The translations under genes and the position numbers were made by a program. The notes under the pieces were generated by a model. That model had not been told where the DNA came from and made no database searches. It worked only from the letters and a program-made list of their open reading frames with translations. A stretch of 64,000 nt of DNA from Candidatus Eiseniibacteriota bacterium (GTDB lineage: Bacteria; Eisenbacteria; RBG-16-71-46; DASYSL01), in the NCBI GenBank assembly GCA_046598045.1, contig JBKJJJ010000174.1, forward strand, positions 49,291-113,290, given 5' to 3'. Below, piece by piece: positions 57,404 through 64,000 of this stretch. How positions within the stretch are numbered: the first letter of the stretch is position 1; each line of letters opens with the position of its first letter.

Positions 57404-58428
57404 GGCACCAGCACGATCTTCCCGAATTGCTCGCGCCGCTCCATCGCCTCGTGCGCGGCGCGCGCCTCGGACAGCGGCAGCACGCGGTCGACGACCGGGC
57501 GCAGGCGGCCCGAGCGGATGTGCTTGAGCACCTCGTCGAACTCCGCGAGCCGGCCCATGTAGGACCCGAAGAGCGACAGGTTCTTCGCGAACAGCACCCG
57601 CAGGTCCGTCCTGCCGTTGAAGCCCGACGACGCGCCGCAGGTCACGAGCCGCCCGCCGCGCGCGAGGGCGGCGATCGACTTTTCCCACGTCGCCTCGCCG
57701 GTGTGCTCGAACACCACGTCCACGCCGCGCTTGCCGGTGAGCCGCCGGGTCTCGGCGGCGAAGTCGCTGCTCGTGTAGTTGATCGTCATGTCGGCGCCGA
57801 GCGCCTGCGCGCGCGCGAGCTTGGCATCGCTCGAGGCGGTCGCGATCACGGTCGCGCCGAGCAGCTTCGCGATCTGGATCGCCGCGATCCCGACGCCGCT
57901 GCCGGCGGCGAGCACGAGCACGGTCTCGCCCGCCTTGAGATTCACGCGCCCGACCAGCATGTGCCACGCGGTGAGGAACACGAGCGGCATCGAGGCCGCC
58001 TCCTCGAACGTGAGTTGCGCGGGCTTGGGGAAGACGTTGCGCGCGGGCACGACGACGAACTCGGCGTAGCCGCCCTGGCGGCGCAGGCCAAGCACGTCGT
58101 AGGAGAGGCACTGGTTGTCGTCGCCGTCGAGGCAGGCGCGGCAGTGGTTGCAACCCGCGCCCGGCGCGACCATCACCGCGTCGCCGACCGCCACGTGCGT
58201 GACGCCCTCGCCGAGCTCCTCGACGATTCCCGCGACGTCGTTGCCCAGGATGTGCGGCATCTCGATCGCATAGGGCAGGCCCTTGCGCGTCCACACGTCG
58301 AGGTGATTGACCGATGCGCCGCGCACGCGCACGCGCACCTGGCCGTGGCTCACGATCGGGTCGGCGGCGTCTTCACGATATTGGAGGACCTCGGCGCCGC
58401 CGTGGCGCTCGAAGACGACTGCCTTCAC
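57400..58428 (-). CDS. Zinc-binding (MDR family) alcohol dehydrogenase / quinone oxidoreductase
   Basis: MKAVVF..HGG, CNHCRAC..G..NQC, AAGSGVG, GKIVL. Confidence 0.92.
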   Translation of the reverse strand: MKAVVFERHGGAEVLQYREDAADPIVSHGQVRVRVRGASVNHLDVWTRKGLPYAIEMPHILGNDVAGIVEELGEGVTHVAVGDAVMVAPGAGCNHCRACLDGDDNQCLSYDVLGLRRQGGYAEFVVVPARNVFPKPAQLTFEEAASMPLVFLTAWHMLVGRVNLKAGETVLVLAAGSGVGIAAIQIAKLLGATVIATASSDAKLARAQALGADMTINYTSSDFAAETRRLTGKRGVDVVFEHTGEATWEKSIAALARGGRLVTCGASSGFNGRTDLRVLFAKNLSLFGSYMGRLAEFDEVLKHIRSGRLRPVVDRVLPLSEARAAHEAMERREQFGKIVLVP

Positions 58429-59036
58429 GCGCGCCCTCGCGGTGGGACGAGCCCCTTCGAGCGATCGAGAATTTCGCGCACGAGGCGTGCGAGCTGCTCG
58501 GGGGTGAACGGCTTGGGCAGGAACTCGACCAGCGACGCAGGCTCGCCGTCGTCGCCTTCGCGATCCTCGTCGCCGTCGGTGGCGCCCGACTTCGCGCCGC
58601 CGCCGCGCGCTTCTTCGGACTCCGCCTCGTCGGACTCCGCCTCGGTCGCCGCGCCCACGCCCTCACGCTGCGCGAGGCGTTCCCTCAATCCGGCCTCGAT
58701 CTCCTCGGTGTAGCCGCTCGTGATCAGGATCGGTGTCTGAGGCCACTTGGCCTGCACCTGGTCCATGATGTGAAAGCCGCCACCGCGCGGCATGATCGCG
58801 TCGGTGATCACGAGGTCGACGCCGTGATGGCGTTCGATCTGGCGCATCGCATCGTGACCACCGGCGGCGGTGAGCACCTCGTAGCCGAGTCCGGACAGCA
58901 TCGCGAGCATGAGGTCGCGCAGCGACTCGGAGTCCTCAGCGACGATTACACACTCCTTGCCGCGAGCCCGGGGCCAGTCCTTCTTGGGCGGCTCGAGCGG
59001 GAACTCCTTGTGGTCGAAATCTTCGGGATCGCTCAT
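58425..59036 (-). CDS. Single-domain response regulator with acidic insertion
   Basis: VAEDS, DLVITDAIMP, LITSGY, FLPKPF. Confidence 0.85.
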   Translation of the reverse strand: MSDPEDFDHKEFPLEPPKKDWPRARGKECVIVAEDSESLRDLMLAMLSGLGYEVLTAAGGHDAMRQIERHHGVDLVITDAIMPRGGGFHIMDQVQAKWPQTPILITSGYTEEIEAGLRERLAQREGVGAATEAESDEAESEEARGGGAKSGATDGDEDREGDDGEPASLVEFLPKPFTPEQLARLVREILDRSKGLVPPRGRA

Positions 59037-59150
59037 CGACTCCTCCGGGGCGCCGTGCTAGTTTTCTGGGGCTTGCCCCCGACGCGCTCGAGAGAATGTA
59101 GAACCCGGCCAACAAATGAGCAAGACCGCGCCGAGACAAGGAGGTTCCCC

Positions 59151-59759
59151 CTGGCCGCCCCGCGCCACATCCTGACCGTCCTCATCCGCTCCATGACCAT
59201 CTTCGAAACCGGCGATCGCAAGGTTCCCGAGGCCCAGAACTCGCTCAATGCGCTCCTGATCTGTCCCACCCCCGGCCGGCCGGAGGTGTTCGCCACGACG
59301 GGACTGATCGCGGGGATCGAGGACGGCAAGCTCACCCGCTTTACCCCGGGCATGATCCTCCTCAAGGAGGCCGTGCAGGGCCCGACCGACCTGCAGATCG
59401 TGGTCACCGACCGCGACGATCACAACGGGCTGGTCAGCTTCCTGCGCCGCCTCGCCAGCACGGTCGGCGGATCCGCCGCAGCGATCCTCTCGAGCGAGCT
59501 GCCGGGTGTCCTGCGCGCGGCATTCCGCGAGGCGGTGGCGAGCGGGCAGATGGCGATCGGCGGCTCGAAGGAGGACAAGCTCGAGGTCATCGCCACCGGC
59601 GTGCTGGCGTTGCGCGACCCCGGGAAGGTCAAGGGCAACGTCACGATCGACCTCTACGCTCCCCGCGAGCTGCAGCGTGCGGGCAAGCCCACCATCAACA
59701 AGGGCGCCCCGAACGGCAGCCTCGATCTCGAGATCCTGTGGGACGGGGACCTCGACTGA
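59151..59759 (+). CDS. Hypothetical protein (probable CTG start; first ATG 59193)
   Basis: AAGGAGG 6 nt before in-frame CTG 59151; strong coding bias. Confidence 0.7.
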   Translation: MAAPRHILTVLIRSMTIFETGDRKVPEAQNSLNALLICPTPGRPEVFATTGLIAGIEDGKLTRFTPGMILLKEAVQGPTDLQIVVTDRDDHNGLVSFLRRLASTVGGSAAAILSSELPGVLRAAFREAVASGQMAIGGSKEDKLEVIATGVLALRDPGKVKGNVTIDLYAPRELQRAGKPTINKGAPNGSLDLEILWDGDLD

Positions 59760-60571
59760 TCCTCGACGCGCGGCCGCGCGAGGCGTTCCTCGCCGGGCAC
59801 GCCCCGGGCGCCGCGCACCTGCCCGAGGCCGAATGGGATGCGCGCGCCGCCGAGCTGCCGGCGCGCAACCAGGCGTTCGAGGTCGTGGGCGAAGGCGCGG
59901 AGGGCGGCGATCGGCTCGCGCTCGTCCTGCGCGAGCGTGGATTCCCGGAGGCGCGCCCCGCCCCGGCCGACACGCGCGCGGACCGCAGTGAGCGCGGCGC
60001 GGCGCGTGCGGTGCTGTGGCAACCCTCCCCGTGGCTCGTCGAATGCGCCCCGCACCTGCCCACGCGCGGGCACGGGCTCGACGTCGCGTGCGGCAGCGGA
60101 CGCCACGCCGCATGGCTCGCCGCGCGCGGGCTCACCACGTGGGGATGCGACCTGCTGCCCGACGCGCTGTTGCGCGCGCACGCCCTCGTCCGGGCGGCAA
60201 CCGAGCTCGATTTCTCCGCGGCGGCACGCCCACGCGCTCCGATCGCGTTCGCCGCCGTGAATGCGACGCTCCCGCTGCCGTGGCGCGAAGGAGTGTTCGC
60301 GGTGATCTGCGGGTTCCGATACCTGGACCGCGCACTCTTCCCGCGGCTCGCCCGGCACCTCGTGCCCGGCGGCTTTCTGGTATGGGAAACGTTTACAATC
60401 GAGCAAGCGCGCTTCGGAAAGCCGCGACGCCCCGAATTCCTGCTCGCGCCGGGCGAATGGGCGCAACTCTGCTCTGACGCCCAACTCGAGGTCGTGGCCA
60501 CACGCGAATTTGTCGCGCCGGGCGGCCCGGCCATCGCCTCCGTGCTGGCGCGACGCCCCGATCCGCGCTAG
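59738..60571 (+). CDS. Rhodanese-like domain + class I SAM methyltransferase (TehB-like)
   Basis: LDARPREAF.AGHAPGA.HLP; LDVACGSGRH; FRYLDR. Confidence 0.8.
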   Translation: MGRGPRLILDARPREAFLAGHAPGAAHLPEAEWDARAAELPARNQAFEVVGEGAEGGDRLALVLRERGFPEARPAPADTRADRSERGAARAVLWQPSPWLVECAPHLPTRGHGLDVACGSGRHAAWLAARGLTTWGCDLLPDALLRAHALVRAATELDFSAAARPRAPIAFAAVNATLPLPWREGVFAVICGFRYLDRALFPRLARHLVPGGFLVWETFTIEQARFGKPRRPEFLLAPGEWAQLCSDAQLEVVATREFVAPGGPAIASVLARRPDPR

Positions 60572-60685
60572 CCTTCGCAGCGGCTCGTGCGTGGCGCCCC
60601 CCCTTCGTCCCCGAGCCACAGCGGGAAGCACTCCCGCGACCGCCGAGGCCCCTCCCCGGCGACGGCCCGTGCACGAGGTCCCTGC

Positions 60686-61753
60686 ATGAAAGTGCTCATC
60701 GTCGACGACAACGACCAGAGCCTCCATCTGCTGCGCACCGTGCTCGATGGCGCCGGGCACGAAGTGTGGCCCTCCGCTGACGGCGCGGAAGCTTTTGCCC
60801 TCGCCCAGAAGCAGGTGCCCGATGCGGTGATTTCGGACATCCTCATGCCCCGAATGGACGGGTTCGCGCTCTGCCGCGCGATGCGCGCGGACGCGAGCCT
60901 TTCCTTGGTGCCGTTCCTGCTCTACTCGGCGACCTACACCGACGCGAAGGATCACGAGCTCGGCCTCGCGTTGGGCGCCGATCGGTTTCTGGAAAAGCCG
61001 ATGGAATCGGCCGACCTGCTCGCCGAACTCGACTCTGCGGTCGAGGAGCGCCGCGCGGGCCAGGCGCCGCCGCGCCCCGCCACGCTGGCGGAGCCGGCAT
61101 TCCTCCGGGAATACAACGCACGCCTGGTGCGCAAGCTCGAGGACAAGATGCTCGATCTCGAGCGCGCCCATCGCGAGCTCACCGAGTCCGAGCGCCGATA
61201 CCACGAGTTGTTCGACGTCGCCTCCGACATCATTTTCACGCTCGCGCAGGATTGCTCGATCACGCTGGTCAATCGCCGCATCCAGGAAATCCTCGGGCAC
61301 CATCCGGCCGAAGTCGTGAACCGGCCCTGCGACTCGCTGGTCACGCCCTCGGCGCGCGCGCGCGCCAGGGAGACGATCGAGAAGGCGCTCGCCGGCCAGC
61401 GGCTCTCGATCGAGATCGACTTCCTCGCCGCCGACGGTCGGCCGGTGCCGATGAACGTCATGCTCGTGCCATTGTGGCAAGGCCAGCGGCCGGCCGGAGT
61501 CATGGGGATTGCGCGCGACATGAGCGAACACGCCCGGGCCACGGCCACGCGCATCGACGAGGCCTGCAAGCAGGCGCGGGTCGAGGCCCAGCGGGAGTTC
61601 GCGGACGAGATCGAGGCGCCGCTCGTGATGGCCGCGCAGGCGGCCCGCGAACTCGCCGCCGAACCCGGGATCGAGCAGGCCGTCGCCGCCCGGCTCACCA
61701 GCCAGGCCGGCGAGATCACGCGCGTGCTCGACGCCACACGCCGCCTGGCGTGA
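60686..61753 (+). CDS. Receiver-PAS protein with degenerate dimerisation helix and no ATPase domain
   Basis: VLIVDD, ISDILMPRMDG, PAS (LFDVASD.IF...NRR...LG..P.E), GIARD; ends soon after FADEIEAPL. Confidence 0.8.
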   Translation: MKVLIVDDNDQSLHLLRTVLDGAGHEVWPSADGAEAFALAQKQVPDAVISDILMPRMDGFALCRAMRADASLSLVPFLLYSATYTDAKDHELGLALGADRFLEKPMESADLLAELDSAVEERRAGQAPPRPATLAEPAFLREYNARLVRKLEDKMLDLERAHRELTESERRYHELFDVASDIIFTLAQDCSITLVNRRIQEILGHHPAEVVNRPCDSLVTPSARARARETIEKALAGQRLSIEIDFLAADGRPVPMNVMLVPLWQGQRPAGVMGIARDMSEHARATATRIDEACKQARVEAQREFADEIEAPLVMAAQAARELAAEPGIEQAVAARLTSQAGEITRVLDATRRLA

Positions 61754-61799
61754 CCGCTCCGCCCTTTAGGGACCGCGCCGCTCGTCTAGGGCCTTCGTC

Positions 61800-62165
61800 G
61801 CCGGCCACTCGCCGACCCACGCCGCCCGGGCGCTGTTCTCGATCCTCGACCTCGAGGACGCCGCGGCCGGCCAGATTGAAGGGTACGCGCACGGAACGCG
61901 CTGAATGACCGCCCTCGCCGGGGCGCTGGTGCACGATCCGGAGGTGCTCTTCCTCGATGAGCCCACGATCGGGCTCGACCCTCGGAGCGCGCGAGCCAGC
62001 AAGGACTTGCCGCGCGGTCCCTGGGACCGGGGGAAGGCGATCCTGCTCTCCACCCACGTGCTCGAGATCGCCGAGCGCCTGTGCGACCGGGTCGCGAGCC
62101 TCGACCACGGACGCCTGGCGGTGGTCGGGACGATGGCCGAGCTCAGGGAGCAGGTCCGGACCTCG
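61800..62165 (+). pseudogene. Degraded ABC transporter ATP-binding gene fragment
   Basis: [45 protein letters not shown]...STHVLEIAERLCDR; TGA 61902-61904 in the signature region; no Walker A. Confidence 0.8.
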
Positions 62166-62265
62166 CCGCCTACCTGGCGGAATCCACACCAAATTAGGGT
62201 GAATTGTCACGTCGTCCGAAATGGAGCAAAATCGCGAAAACTCCCTCTCAGGGGGCGCTTGCAAA

Positions 62266-62295
62266 TTGACACCCCTAGTGTCCGGCTGCTACTCT
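62266..62295 (+). promoter_or_regulatory. Putative sigma70 promoter
   Basis: TTGACA-N18-TACTCT with extended -10 TG. Confidence 0.5.
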
Positions 62296-62647
62296 TCCGC
62301 AGCTTGGTCATCGACCCTGAGGATTGTGATTTCGTATCGGGCCCGCCTCTTCGAGTCACCTTGCCGTCATGACATCCCGGCCCGGGACCAGGGAACGTTT
62401 CGCCCGAGGAGGCTGCGCCATATGGATCCGCGCAGTCATTGAAGAATGTGCGCGACATCGTTTCCCCCGGCCCATGTCGCGTTCATGGATGTCCAGCGCG
62501 CGGCAACGCGCGCACCGGAATGAGACGCAGGTAGAAGTGTTCTGCCGACGTCCCTTCCAGTTCAGTTCGTGTCTGGCGCGACCAAGGCGTTAGCCCCAGA
62601 CTCGGGGCAAGCTCGAGCAGCCGGGGCGGTTTCGAGGGAGGTGACCG

Positions 62648-63334
62648 ATGAGAATGAGGAACTACTTTGTGCTGGGGGCATTGGCGGCGGCGATGACGAT
62701 TTCCGCTCAGGCCCGTGCCGACCAGTTTCTGGCGGATTTCCGGGGCTTCGACTACGAGGACCCGAATAACACCCCTGGATTCGGCAACATCGGGGACGGG
62801 TACAATTCGCTGGGATTCGTGACGCAGGTCAATCCGGTCTTTCTGACCGCGAATTTCACGAACAACGAGTACACCTACCAGTTCAAGGACCTGTCGGCGA
62901 TCGCGACGGATGCGGCGCCGCCATACCTGTTCGTGTTCTATAACCCCGGCCGCTTCCGCATGTATGAAGACCCGAAGGCCGGGGGAACCGCAGCCGACTA
63001 TGGGGTCAATCCTCCGAACGCAACCGCGCCGCCGACGTTCACCGACGGGACGCTCATACTCGGAGGCGCTGTGAGCAACTTTGTGCTCACGCTCGACCTC
63101 ACCAACAACAACGGATCCTTCAACGGCGACATCACGTTCGACGAAGGCTCCCAGCAGGGTTCGATCCCGCCCGCCCAGCTCAACGGCTGGTCGTTCGCCG
63201 GCCTCACGAGCGGCAGCGGCACGGGCACTCCGTCGGGCTACTCGCACCAGGTGGACGGCGAGATTCGCGTCCCGGGTGTCACGCCCGCGTATGGCACTTC
63301 GTGGGGCAAGGTGAAGAACCTCTACCGGCGTTAG
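62648..63334 (+). CDS. Secreted protein with C-terminal TSWGKVKNLYRR motif
   Basis: GGAGG RBS, signal peptide, N/T/G-rich beta domain. Confidence 0.8.
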   Translation: MRMRNYFVLGALAAAMTISAQARADQFLADFRGFDYEDPNNTPGFGNIGDGYNSLGFVTQVNPVFLTANFTNNEYTYQFKDLSAIATDAAPPYLFVFYNPGRFRMYEDPKAGGTAADYGVNPPNATAPPTFTDGTLILGGAVSNFVLTLDLTNNNGSFNGDITFDEGSQQGSIPPAQLNGWSFAGLTSGSGTGTPSGYSHQVDGEIRVPGVTPAYGTSWGKVKNLYRR

Positions 63335-63401
63335 CATTGGGACGAAGCGTCGAGCGCTCCCCCTCTTGGATGGCAAGGCGCTCGACCGAAGGAGGACGGC
63401 A

Positions 63402-64000
63402 ATGACCAAAAGACTACTCAGGCTCGCCCTGTTGGCCGCGCTGTTCGTGGTCGCGGTCCCGGTCTCCGCGTTCGCCCAGACGGGAACCGTGATTGACTGG
63501 GGTCCCGACTGCTACGCGTGGGAAACGGGCTACAACCCGACGACGCACGTTTCGGCGGCGGGCAGCCAATTGAGCATTGTGGGAATCGTGAACGGATTCC
63601 TCGGACCCCTGGGTTCGATCGATCCCAACACGCCCGGAACCGAGTACACATTCTACATCGGGGGACTCACCGCCTCGGCCAACACCCAAATCGCGCCGGG
63701 CGCCACCCTGAGCGTGTTCACGACCAACTACACCAACGGCAAGATCTCGATCTGGCAGAACTCGCCGCGCAATGCCGCCTTCGGCACGAATCCGCCGAAC
63801 GCCACCGTGCCCTCGACCTTCATCGACGGCTCGCCGTTCCTCTCCGGCTTGATCCCGTCGCTCAAGGTGACCGTGACGCGGTTCAACAGCACCGGCAACT
63901 GGCTGAGCGGCAATGCCGACAGCGGCGATCCGGCGAACGGCACGTGGACCGGGGGCTCCGCCCTCGGGCTCGTCAGCACGGGCGGCCATCCCTGCCCGTG
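63402..64000 (+). CDS. Secreted protein, paralog of 62648..63334, runs off the window
   Basis: AAGGAGGA RBS; MTKRLLRLALLAALFVVAVPVSAFA; shares EYTF/EYTY and A.[FY]G.NPPNAT.P.TF.DG with the upstream gene. Confidence 0.8.
   Translation, partial: MTKRLLRLALLAALFVVAVPVSAFAQTGTVIDWGPDCYAWETGYNPTTHVSAAGSQLSIVGIVNGFLGPLGSIDPNTPGTEYTFYIGGLTASANTQIAPGATLSVFTTNYTNGKISIWQNSPRNAAFGTNPPNATVPSTFIDGSPFLSGLIPSLKVTVTRFNSTGNWLSGNADSGDPANGTWTGGSALGLVSTGGHPCP

Noticed and set aside
61902..61904. In-frame TGA as possible selenocysteine or readthrough
   Set aside because: Falls at a non-Cys position of an ABC ATPase that also lacks its N-terminal half; pseudogene is simpler
50..63989. Many long overlapping ORFs in the track (e.g. 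30770..33796 +, 14630..16579 +, 18894..20909 -, 37256..39241 +)
   Set aside because: Antisense or frame shadows of real genes in high-GC DNA; Arg/Ala/Pro-rich with no motifs
1..64000. CRISPR arrays, tRNA/rRNA genes, transposases or integrases
   Set aside because: No spaced direct repeats, cloverleaf or rRNA signatures, or recombinase motifs seen by eye

Overview
High-GC bacterial chromosomal window; the many secreted proteins ending in FlgD-Ig/T9SS-like tails or a WGxxKxxYR tail suggest an FCB-related candidate phylum such as Ca. Eisenbacteria (inference). The core is the conserved origin-proximal cluster rpmH-rnpA-yidD-yidC-jag-mnmE-mnmG-rsmG-parA-parB, followed by a bactofilin gene, with three parS sites and a candidate oriC (DnaA boxes) but no dnaA. 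Around it are a fatty-acid uptake/beta-oxidation cluster, a cobalamin riboswitch-TonB receptor-beta-propeller unit, a HEAT/HD-GYP pair, a luxE-luxC-Zn finger-methyltransferase operon, signalling genes and two islands of secreted proteins. The most notable signal is at the left end: an ECF sigma / double zinc-finger anti-sigma / secreted TPR operon whose putative promoter motif (GTCACA-N14/15-CGAC) recurs upstream of a divergent N-acyl synthase + methyltransferase operon and a secreted-protein operon. Also notable: an in-frame TAG splitting a multidomain surface protein, two apparent CTG starts, and a poly-C tract in a promoter spacer. No tRNA, rRNA, CRISPR or intact mobile element was seen. 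All family calls are from motif recognition by eye, not database searches.
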